Source: Mizuhopecten yessoensis
Taxonomy: Eukaryota
Length of the DNA stretch: 64,000 bases
NCBI RefSeq assembly: GCF_002113885.1
Contig: NW_018407459.1
Coordinates: forward strand, 344,227 to 408,226
Reading direction: 5' to 3'
Shown here: piece after piece, positions 35,922 to 47,107 of the stretch
Numbering within the stretch: position 1 is the stretch's first letter
How the letters are laid out: every line of letters begins with the position of its first letter
Made by a program: the position numbers and the translations under genes
Notes under the pieces: model-generated
Told to the model about the DNA's origin: nothing
What the model saw: the letters and a program-made list of their open reading frames with translations, nothing else
Database searches by the model: none

Positions 35922-38488
35922 TCATTGATATTTAACATTTTTTGTGCGAACTATCCATTCCACACCATTTCCATCCTGGTCTACACGAAATGGGAACAGC
36001 AGTTGAAAAGGGATCTTCCAAATGGATCCAAATACTGAGCGGACATTTTCTAGAGATGTCCGTTGGTACCAAGGGATTCCTTTCCAAGCTTCGTAAGATG
36101 TCATACCAGCACAGGCTAGTATGAGCTGCCAACCCAGGAAGAATACGCCACCACAAAGACACATGAAGCAAAAGCAAGAATGAACAATTAGTAACAGTTC
36201 ACCCAAGGAAATATACCCCATAAACATGTAAGCCAGTCCCACCATTGGAATGTACGCAAGTCCATCCCAGGACAAAATTGGAATGGTCTGTGTGGTGTAG
36301 GACAATTGTAGAAACAGGGAGTACAGGTTACCCCACACCATGTATATGCAAAACATGACAAAGAAGCGCTGATTGTAAAAGCCAACACATGAGTTGGTGA
36401 AGAAACAGTGGTGATCTCTCTTGAGTACACAGCGATTGCACAGGCGACAGTGATGGGATCTTGGTGGAGCATCAACCTGTGAACATAGTATGTAAGTATA
36501 AGCATTTATACATAATAACATGTACACCATTTACAATAGGTAAGGTGGTGATACCCTAACAGTATTCCTAAATGTACATGAGCTGTATATTACAGCTAGT
36601 AAAAACAACAATCCTAAAATTTCAAATACATCTACTACATACAACATCTCCAGAAGCAAGTGTGCTTTCCATACAACTTTCTCAGTTTCTTCAATACATC
36701 GGAGTTGTCTGGATTTCATTGGCAAATTAATGCAGAATTACCAGAACCCTGAGGTCCTATATGACAGTATATATATGTACATTACATACATACACGAAAA
36801 CAGATATGTATATCACTTATGTATCGACAGAATGTGCCAATGGACAGAAAATTGGATGATGAAGCTGAATGTGGACAAATGCAAGCATAGAGGAAATTAG
36901 ACAAAAAATCAAGTTATTCAACTACACGCTGACGCAATATGGAGACACCATCGAAATCACTAAGGTAAACAGTGAAAAAGATCTGGGAGTTAACATCGAC
37001 GAAAAACTCATTTTTTCCATACACGTCCAAAAAGCAGCCAGTAAAGCAAACCAAACTGCAGGAATAGTATTTAGAAGTTTTACATATATATGAGCCCACC
37101 CATATTTGTAACACTCTACAAAGCTCTTATACGGCCCCACCTCGAATATGCTTCAACGATATGGTCACCCCTGTATACCAAGGACAAAATTACAATTGAA
37201 AAAGTCCAGCAAAGATCAACGAAAAGAGTACCAACATTAACTGACAAATCATACGCTGAACGTTTAAGAATACTCAGTCTACCAACCCTGGAATACAGGA
37301 GGGAGAGAGCAGACATGGTCAAAGTGTACAGAATCCTCAATAACATTGACAAACTTGATAAGGATAAGCTATTCCAACACTGCGAATACAGATCTACAAG
37401 GGGGCACACCAAGAAGCTGTTTACCGGTAAAAGGCCCTACAAAAAGGAGATCACAGGAAACTTCTTCAGCAATCGCAATATTAAACAGTGAAACTCATTG
37501 CCTGAGGAAGTGGTCTCAGCACCGAGCCTAAACTGCTTCAAGGAAAGACTAAACAAGTGCTGGAGAAATCACCCGAGGAAATTTAACCCATCATTTTGGT
37601 ATTAAATTGCTACACTGCTATGATTAACTTAAGGAAATACTAAGTGGAAAAAGGTAAGTCGCGAGTGAGTGAAATAACAATGATGCATCACCACAAGCTT
37701 GAACTAGCTTTCAACGATGCTACATCAGCATTTCAGCAATTATATTTGTTGGGCTAATATGGGTAATAATATATGTAGTGATCATTTATGTGCAATGCAG
37801 GTGTCACTTCCCTTATAACCTACCTCCTGTGCGCAAACACACATGCAATTACATACATAACGGTACACAGATTAAGGCGCGTCCTTAAATTAGATGTTAA
37901 CTGGACGTTAAACTCTCTAAAAACCATCATAAAAAGACTTGGACTTGAGCAAGTCTGTTAAATATATATAGAAACAGATATATGTATTCGTGATCAAATG
38001 CAGAGTTGAACTCCTAATACTGGAGTGTAATTAATTCATTGCTTGGTATGAATTGGTATTTGATCAATTATTGCTACCATACACTGGTGGGTTTTTTTTT
38101 TTTGTTTCAATGACAATTTACTCACTTGACATTTAGGACAGTTGATCCAGCCGGGTGGCGTCTCCGCGGTTCCGGGAAATTTTTCTTCCTTTATTTCGGA
38201 TGTCACAAAATTATTTTGCCCGAAATACGTGCCCATCCAATTGATTGTACACTCAAATAAGGTGAACCAGACTAGGACTGTGTTTATTACCATGGACCAA
38301 GTGTCGCCCCAGTACAATTTTGGAACGAGAAAAAACTGACTCTCAAAAAACAAGGAAAATACCATTCCCCAGAAGAACATCTGTCCATATCGACTGGCAT
38401 CTTTTTCGTCTGTTTGGAAATTGCGTTTGTGATAATGGTTTGTTAACTTTTCTTTCAGAGTATCTGCCTTTCTCTCTCTGAGTTCCAT
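35922..38488 (-). CDS. DHHC-type protein S-palmitoyltransferase (ZDHHC22/24-like)
   Basis: Exon 1 38488-38126 (MELRERKADT...GWINCPKCQ|gtgagt), exon 2 36476-35922 (cag|VDAPPRSHHCRLCNRCVLKRDHHCFFTNSCVGFYNQRFF...GMTSYE...ENVRSVFG); about 305 aa with TM segments on both sides of the DHHC-CRD. Confidence 0.92.
36825..37610 (+). mobile_element. 5'-truncated CR1/L2-type LINE (ORF2 3' end) in the ZDHHC intron, antisense to the gene
   Basis: WTENWMMKLNVDKCK / EKDLGVNIDEKLIFSIHVQKAASKAN / LYKALIRPHLEYASTIWSP...IEKVQQR...YAERLRILSLPTLEYRRERADM...TRGH / NSLPEEVVSAPSLNCFKERLNKCW; frameshifts and stops. Confidence 0.9.
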
Positions 38489-39049
38489 TTCGACCCAAGT
38501 CCAAATGCAAGCACATGCAAAGTGAAACCGGAAAGGAGTGTTACTGCGCAACCGTGTAAACACACACGATGTCGAACAGACGGGAGCGGTCATTGTTGCA
38601 TACATTAAGATGTAAACGCATAGCAGTATCATATCAATAGCTATAATACATGTATGTATACGCGTGTTATACAGCATATAATATTTAAATTTCAGTTTTA
38701 AATATAATCTATTACATAAAGCACTAAGGGAAATATTTCTACTATCCTTCATTTAATACAATGAGCCGATCCCACTGTAAACAAGCATGACAAGAAAAAA
38801 CACGTGGAAACTTGACATTTCGTCTGGTCCTGTTTCAAAGTAGAGTGAGATATACGGCACGCCAGTGTTCACAATGGATATTGTCAATTCCATATTTCAT
38901 AAAATTATATAAAATATTTATTTTATGATCTAATTCCGCGGTAACAAATGTAAATCGACTTTTTGATGAGGCAAATTCGTGTACGTAACGTTCTAGTGCA
39001 GGCAAATTCGCCATGCACCCAAATTCGCCACCCTGTTACGAAAATGCCA

Positions 39050-39098
39050 TATGACGTCATAATACATAAGATGTGACGTAAATAAGTTAACGTCACCA
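39050..39098. promoter_or_regulatory. CRE/ATF-like site cluster upstream of the ZDHHC gene
   Basis: 12-bp palindrome tatgacgtcata (39050-39061) plus gtgacgta and acgtcac half-sites within 40 bp. Confidence 0.4.
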
Positions 39099-42000
39099 TA
39101 GTTTTCAACACAGTTAAAACCTTCACATATTTTTACAGGAAGAGGTATAATAAGAAGGGCCGAAAAAGTTATATTATTAATCAAAACGGTTAAGAAATAT
39201 CTTAAAATTGTGACACAACGAATCCTAAAAATTTGGTCTGTGCGACCACGGAATTAGATTATCTAAGTCCGTGGGACGACGGACATCTCGTTAACTAAAC
39301 TCATTAATCTGAGGCCCGTTGGTAGTTTTTTAGTTTAAATTCATTACATATGCACATTGACAAAACCCATTGAATGGTCGACTGAGCCGTCAATGCAAGT
39401 AAATTGTTTTTCTACAAGTGTACTTTTAGGTATATACAATGTACTGAAGATCCAATGCTTGTTTATTGAAATGACGCTCGGAAGGATTTGATTATTCATT
39501 TTCCATTTTCACTTATGATGCCAATGCGTATTTAGCGGAATACAATCAAGTCCCAGTATCTTTTTAAAAGTATTGTTTGCGTCTACAATTCAACCATCTT
39601 ACAACACTTAAATCAAAATACCATCCCGAAAAGAATTTGTTATCGGCCTGGGGGTACTGCTGTACAATCACATGCTGATTGTACGTAGAGACCGACAGTT
39701 ACCAAAGACTGATTTTTATATGAAAAGGTAAGCACATTTACAACACCTGTCCGGTGTAAGTAATTAAGACCAAAAATTGTTTTACTTTGTCAGATGTTTC
39801 CCGTTGACGTGCAAGACGACCGGATAGTACATGCATGTGACAAATTATCCAAAAATATAGAACTTCATTATTTCTGAGATTGTGACAGAACTAATTTCCT
39901 TGCCGAGCGGAGATGTAATACTTTATTATTTCAAGCACTGCCGAGCGTAGAAAGCAAGATTTTTTCGGACATTATTTCCATTGTCAAACAGATCGAGTGA
40001 GGCATAAAATAGTTTTCTGAGTTTGCGGTATTATTCCAGGTTCTATTTTATAACATAGTGTATTTATATTTTGTGATTGCCGAGCGCTATTGGTAAGATG
40101 TAGGTTTTTGGTTAAAATGTTGATGTTTATGTCTTGCCCTTCATGTGCTCGTAGTTTAGGAGAGCATTTTAGCTTTATTTTGTCATAAATATGAATTATG
40201 ATTTAACTATTTGTCTTTTATTGTGAATTTGTACGGCTACATATGTACAAGGGCAACACCTAATGAAAAGGATATACATGCTAGGCTTTTATGCTGACAT
40301 TGGTTATTATTCACCTGATAAAGTGATGCTAAGGAGGGTGCTTTATTGTCTTTAAATTTTTTGAAATTTCTGTTTTTTTAATTGGTATAATCACGGAATT
40401 AGATTAGATGTTATCTAAGTCCGTGGTATAATCATGAAACCACCGGTGAAAATACAGGTTTATCTATCATGAAATGGACTCAACCTTTGAAAAAACACTT
40501 TACCTGTATACCTAATTCCAACAGATAGTTGATCACCCCACCGTGACATTAGAACAATAAGAGGATTAATCCCCTATTGTTAAGAGTATAAGTATAGTGG
40601 ACTCCTTGTTTGGGCAACACCCTTAGGCATATATAAATATTCAAACTGCTGGCAAGGGGAAACCATAGAAAATCATGGTTCAAGGGATGGTTGATATTAG
40701 AAGGAAATCCCATATGAAATAGGGGGAAATCTTCAAAAACCTTAGTCCATATTATTTTTGGACACAGAAAAACGGGTGTTGCCCGGGCAACTAGGGCAAC
40801 ACCCCTGAGTCCGCCACTGGCGATCGTTGCGGAAAGCCCTGGACCCTCTCATCCGGACCCGATGCAAAATATGATATTGGGCAGCGATTTGGAAGTTTAT
40901 ATTTGTGCAGGACTGAGTCTTTATTGTGTATCATATAAGTTTCTCGGGCAAGTTTTTTCCAATGAGACAGTATTGGATTATCATACTCAATACGCACTTG
41001 TCTGCTATGAGGTGGAGTCATTTATATGAAGTGTAAACAATGTGCTGGACCATTTTTTCTTATTTTAGGGGCCAAAAACAACTTAATTGGACATGGTTGA
41101 AGTTTCGGGTCAAGCTTGAGGTTAAAGTTTCTGGGCACAAGTCTTTTTGTGAAGTGTTGGATCACCACCATCAATAGGCTGTTGTCTATTATAAGGTTGA
41201 AGTATTTATATGGAGTGTAAGCAATGTCCTGAACCATATATTTGGGCAAGTTTTTTTGCTAATTGTTGGATCACCACCATCAATAGGCTGTTGTCTATTA
41301 TAAGGTTGGAGTATTTATATGGAGTGTTAGCAATGCTCTGAGTGATGTTTTCATAATTTTAGGGGCCAAAACTGGTTAGTTGGAATTGGTTAAAGTTTTG
41401 GGGCAAGGTTTTTTATCCCGTGTTGGGTTGGTCACTAATCGCTAAGAACGTGACGATTGATAAACTGGTAATTAATTGGAGATAACTCTTTTTGTGTTAG
41501 AGCTGTAATTTTCTGCTGATATTGATCAGAGACCTCAAGTAAAGGTCATGCAGTCCCACCTGTTCAAGGGCCCACGTGACCCTGATTGAAGTTTGCGTTC
41601 TATTTATAGAACCACACGCTGGATATACCAACTTGTAATAGAAATGAAAAGTTTAGACAATATCTATTTATGAAAAATGAACAAACATTTTTTGGAATTG
41701 ATAGTATAGTATAAAAGTACATCGGTATTTTATCTAAAAAGGGTGTCCCGATTTGGGTACAGTGATTTTAGATAGCTAATCTAATTCTATGATAATATAT
41801 ATATATATGGTAGGAGTGGAAACATGCACGGTCAGACCACAGGGGTTCGTTACAAATGTCTGAAATGCACATATATGCTATACCGATATTGGTCACAGCA
41901 CACATAAACAAATGTCTATTTTTCTTTCTGGAATCACACTACCTATACCTTATATATGTTTAATAATGTTTCTGTTTAACAATGTCATATATGTGCATGC

Positions 42001-42569
42001 TTGTTATGTTTTATATAATGCGACCTCCGTTTTTATTTATAAATTATAGCCTTCCATAGGTTTGTGTTGCCTTGTTTAACCATGTAGCGACTTTTAAATT
42101 AAATTGACTTGACTTGACTTGACTTGTCTGAAATACAATTGTGCTAACATTATATGCTGATATACGTATAGATACATTGATTTATTCTGACAAAATTAGG
42201 ATTTTACATTCCTTTGACAATCATCTCTGAAATAAATAAAAAAATAAAAAAAAATAAAAACATTTTAAAATAAAAACATATTTCAAAAGTTGCGACGTTT
42301 ACATTTAGATTTATTATTTTGAAAACTGTATCATCTAATTTATATTCAAATTGTTAAACTGTGCTTGAGGTCACAACATTTGACGGAAGATTTATCCGTA
42401 AATCAACAGTTCTCTGTGAAAACGATTTTTTTCTGATATTTGATCTTGAATTCGATTCGTAAATTTTATAGTTGTGTCCACGGGTAAATGAACGTTCCCT
42501 GCTATTAAATATGTCGGATACTTCATGGTCCTATTTCCCGAACAATATTTTGTAAACCTTTATCATGTC

Positions 42570-42700
42570 GCCACGTGATGATTGTATTTCAGTTCAAGAT
42601 TTTTCCAATGCGGGAGTATCAAGATTAATTTCAAAGTCAAGTTAATCGTTAGAGATGTAATAACATAATCGGGGAGACTGTTCCAAAATTTCCGAATATC
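42570..42700 (-). mobile_element. Small LINE 3'-end fragment
   Basis: Minus translation WNSLPDYVITSLTIN...HW matches the WNxLPxxVVxAxSxNxFKxRLDxxW terminus of CR1/L2 ORF2. Confidence 0.55.
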
Positions 42701-43117
42701 ACGCTTACAATGGGTTTTTTCCTGATTTTCTGTGCATGACCTCATGTTTGTTGTTCATTATTTCAAAAACATTCCTTTTCTGATCCCGTGATTTACTCAT
42801 ATGGAGTTGCATCTTCATGCACGAATACATTGTCAACTTATCATTTACAGCTGTAGTTTGATATATTAGAGAAAACATACGGCGTCCCGTTAAATATGAC
42901 AGTATGAAAAACAATAATTCATATCAGAATAATCAGGGACGTATATATACTGTCCCTGGAATAATGTTCACGGTCTACAGCTCAGTTTATCTATCTTTGT
43001 CGAGTTATCTCCCATGACGGAAGTTTTTACGAAAACGTTCAGCGTGCGTAGAAAGAAGCCATGTTGAAAATTTGAGCGCCACACAAATCACAAAGAAAAA
43101 TCAAAATTATTGAAAAC

Positions 43118-44230
43118 ATGTTGCCAGTCGGTAAGTCAATATGTACATTGGACGAGGATGATATGTGTGACCTTGATGACTTTGAATCTTCGTCTTCGAA
43201 CATAGACTTGTTCGAAGGTGAAGAAACTAGCTCGTTTGATTTATTTGACGGTCTGTTGGAAAGAGAAACGGACACAAAAGAAATCAAACCAAAAAACTCT
43301 AACGATAAGAAGCGCTCAGTCGTACGTGTTTATCCTAATGGCGACACCCAAGAAAAACAGCTAAATTTTGCAAGTATTAGAACATTAGAAGAAAAAGAAT
43401 TAATTGATTACTTGGGTAATGGAAATCGAGGACGTCTGATTTCCCGGTCCAGTAACGTTACTTGCAAGAATTCGCGACGTTCGAACACGACAAACGGGAA
43501 ACGCTCAAGTTCGAATGACAGTGTGAAATCAAGCTCACCAGTGGGTTTAGAATCTCGTGACGGCGCATGCATGACCAAGAGTGCTGTTGCAGCTCGCGAA
43601 AACCGCAAAAAGAAAAAGAAATACACAGAAGAACTAGAAACAACAGTTGATATACTGAAGACAGAAAATACAGGTCTCAAAACTAGAAACAATATGTTAC
43701 AAACGTCATTGGATCAGCTGAAAACAGAAGTTCAATATTTGAAAAGCGTGATAGCTAACCAAACAACGTTGGCACACTTGATTGGCAATATACAAAATAC
43801 ACCAGGTGTTAAATTCCAGACTTCATTAACAGTTGATAGATATGACAAAGAAAATATTAAGGACATAAATGAAAACACAGTTGATAAGTCTGTAAGTGTA
43901 CCAGTAGCAACAAAAAAACGCAAGGTTGAAGATGCACATGTCCCTACAATGCAAATGAATACAAGGTATGGGAAACTCAAAAGGGGTACCAGTACTACTT
44001 CAAAAGAAATAAAACCAGAAAAGATGGATGACCAATGTGATTCATCACCTTCATCAACATTAGAACAAAATTCCAATGAAATGCCGGGCCATGGACCAGC
44101 TGGTATATGTCTCCATGTTTCTAATGGATCTGTGTCTTTGGAATTCTGTGCAAATTGTGCTTCCAGTGCTGCTCATGCCAAGGCTATCACCTGTGACCAT
44201 TCCTATGGAAAGGTTCAGGGAGAAGGGTGA
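43118..44230 (+). CDS. CREBZF: CREB/ATF bZIP transcription factor (Zhangfei)-like, single coding exon
   Basis: 370-aa ORF; acidic N-terminus; basic region KSAVAARENRKKKKKY followed by a leucine zipper (...EVQYLKSVIANQTTL); C-terminal GICLHVSNGSVSLEFCANC motif characteristic of CREBZF; DHSY motif. Confidence 0.9.
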   Translation: MLPVGKSICTLDEDDMCDLDDFESSSSNIDLFEGEETSSFDLFDGLLERETDTKEIKPKNSNDKKRSVVRVYPNGDTQEKQLNFASIRTLEEKELIDYLGNGNRGRLISRSSNVTCKNSRRSNTTNGKRSSSNDSVKSSSPVGLESRDGACMTKSAVAARENRKKKKKYTEELETTVDILKTENTGLKTRNNMLQTSLDQLKTEVQYLKSVIANQTTLAHLIGNIQNTPGVKFQTSLTVDRYDKENIKDINENTVDKSVSVPVATKKRKVEDAHVPTMQMNTRYGKLKRGTSTTSKEIKPEKMDDQCDSSPSSTLEQNSNEMPGHGPAGICLHVSNGSVSLEFCANCASSAAHAKAITCDHSYGKVQGEG

Positions 44231-45732
44231 AATAATATTGTGAAAATGGTCGGTAATTTCATTGATAATCAGTGAAAATTAAGAAAAGTACTTAAGCTTT
44301 TAAGTTTCATGTAAAATGAAAAGTCTTTAATATGAAGGTTATGTAGCCTAATGAATGACATGATTATTTGATAGGAAAGAATAGAATATTCATGAAAAGA
44401 ATGAAGAACATGATACCAATCAGATGTGTAGATAGATCCAGCAGAACTTTCGTTCAAAGGAGATCACTAAATTATTTTTAAAATGAATTTTGAAGATTCA
44501 ATTGTATACAATATGTTCAGTTTAAATGTGATACCATTGCTTTTTTAAACAGTTGAACTTTTTTTCAATTGGGGTGACTACATTTTTGATAGATATTTGA
44601 AATAATTTTATAACAATCTATACAAATATGTTTACATTTCCAGCCACACCCGTGCTTGATTTGAGAAAAATGAAAAAGTCTGCACATCATTAGGAACAGT
44701 TCAGAACTAAGCAGTTCGCTTTGGTGGAGTATACAGTGCAAATAAAATGGTCTGTGTCACTTTGTGAGATTGAAAATTGTATGAAATCAAAGCATGTATC
44801 ACTTACAACAGAACTGCAGAAAACTGATTGTATATACACACATTTAAATTTCAACTACAATAACAAAATGGATACAATTGAAAATGTAGACTTTTCTATT
44901 GAAGTGATACAAGTTTTTGATGGAAAAAATAAATAAATAATGAGGTCAAGATAAGATGTTTGTGTTTAAAATTCCTTCAAGTGTTTAAAATTCCTTCAAA
45001 AAAGGAAATTTGAGCCGAACATCAGATAGCTGACCAATATTTATCTCCCTAACTACATGTATCTCCTAACTTCCATTCTTTTTCTCCTTACTTTCTTTCT
45101 TTCTTTTATCAATTTATCATCATCTGAAATGAGTTTCAAAAATAATTGAAATTTCACAACAATATGCAGTATTTCATTCATTGAAAATGTTAACATTTTA
45201 TACAAGAATGGGTTATGAAATATGAATATACCCATGGTATTTAATAAAAAAAATCAGGTTTAAGTAAAACTTACCTGAGAAGAAAATTCTTTTCGCACTT
45301 GAAGCAAGACAAATTAAAAAGTACATTTCAGGTGATGAGCTGCAAAAATGTAATTTTACAATTATACTAAAATGTTACTTCAATTTCTTTTTCAGTTGAT
45401 GTCACACTATTCTCTGGTCAGAGAAGCGATTCCCAATAACAACCTTACTGTAAAAAGTGATACTGAATGAAAATGGTAAGGTGTTTCCTTAAACAATTTT
45501 TAAATCTAAATATATGCGAAAATTTAGTCACCCCAAAAAGTTGAGTCGCTACATTTTTTACTTTGCTGAATGCAGACCTGATATTAATTTGTTCAAAGTG
45601 AGTTTTAAATTAGTGCTACTGTTAAATCCTGTTGATTGTGCTTGCTGGAGTCCTATGTTCCTGGGCCAATATTCAAGAAAACATTCTCGTGCTCAAACTC
45701 AGATTTTGTGTTTAACCTCATTTTATTGTTTA

Positions 45733-47107
45733 GGCCAAATAAAAATATATATGTGTGTTTCCAGTCTTGGCTCCAAAAAAAATAGGGTAGTTAGGAAAAA
45801 CTTTTTGTGTTATTTGTTTATTTTATTTATTTTTCTGGTGAAGAAAATCTCCTGATTACCCCTTATAAACAATGAATGTTACAAATATGGTATTGTTTTA
45901 AAAGTATGTATGGCACCAAATATATAATTTTTTATTCATGTAAAATAAATACACAAATAAAAAATCCCTGCATTTCTAGTTTTTGCGTTGAGCAGACTCA
46001 AACGACACATTGAAGTAAATTATTACAGTAGTGCTACAACCATGGCCAGTGTTACATTTCTAAACCATCCTTACTAGGACACTAGTTTTTAGTAATCCAA
46101 ACTCAACTGATGGTCACCGGTGTTACTCTGTTCTCAATGTCCACTGTCACCAGTTCAAACTAATTGAACAACAAAATAAGTGCATTTATATTTACACTAT
46201 ATTGACAACACAAGACTATTATAACTTACTTCCTAATTCTCACTTTAACTCTTAACTTTCTAGCTCTCTAGACCTCTCAACTCTGTCTCCCTAATTCTCA
46301 ACCTCCTTCTTCAAGACTCCTCAACTCAACTCCCAAACCCAACTCTCTTATCCTCCTTTGACTCCCAAGCTGAACTGTCCATTAGCAAAATCCTGCTACA
46401 TTAAAAATGTTGATCTAGGTTCAACTGGCCATAAATCTTGCTAAATTTGACTCCTGCGGTCAGCATCAGCTAGAGGCACAAACACTGACATCACAGACTG
46501 GACTTCCCCCACCTACACTACAGACGGTCATACTAATTTACAGATTCCATGGAGGCACGATAGTCACGTGGTAGGACGCCGGGCTTGTGACCGAAGGGTT
46601 GCAGGTTCGCACCACGGCACATCAATGTGTTGTATCTTTGAGCAAGATACTTTACTCCGCTTGTTCCAGTCTACTCAGCTGTAAATGAGACGTGGTTGGG
46701 CAGTGCTAGAATTGTTGAATGCTAGCTTTTAGCTCGGCTGTATGCTCCCCAGGGAGTTGAGAAATGTATTGGCTGGTTGCAAAAGCCCTATAACCACGGA
46801 TAATAATTTGTGAACTGCTTTGAGATGACCTACGAACTAGGTTGTGATAAAGCGGTATATAAGAACCTCCAATTATTATTATTATTATCCCATTATCTGT
46901 ATAATAACCACAGTTATATACGGCTACTTAGCAACTATCTTCAAATAAAACTCTTGCTGACCAGGAGCCAATGCTAGTAAAATGCATAGCAAACTATATA
47001 TACACTTTGAACAATTAAACAGCTAATCAATGCATAACAATGACTGTTAAAGACCAATAAAATATATTAGGGTCGGTAGGGAAACACAGCTTTATTTTTA
47101 TTTGGCC
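45733..47107. mobile_element. Non-autonomous DNA transposon with about 30-bp TIRs, carrying a nested SINE
   Basis: ggccaaataaaaatatatatgtgtgtttcc ... ggaaacacagctttatttttatttggcc; subterminal tagggt(a/c)g(t/g)tagg motif at both ends. Confidence 0.65.
46550..46888 (+). mobile_element. Full-length tRNA-derived SINE
   Basis: tRNA-like head ggaggcacgatagtcacgtggtagg...gggttgcaggttcgc, central tgtatctttgagcaagatacttt domain, LINE-like tail (tgctttgag...aagcggtatataag) ending in (att)n. Confidence 0.85.

Noticed and set aside
43039-44076. Antisense ORFs overlapping CREBZF
   Set aside because: Shadow ORFs of the coding strand with no independent features.
46550-46620. tRNA gene
   Set aside because: Degenerate cloverleaf continuing into a SINE body and (att)n tail.
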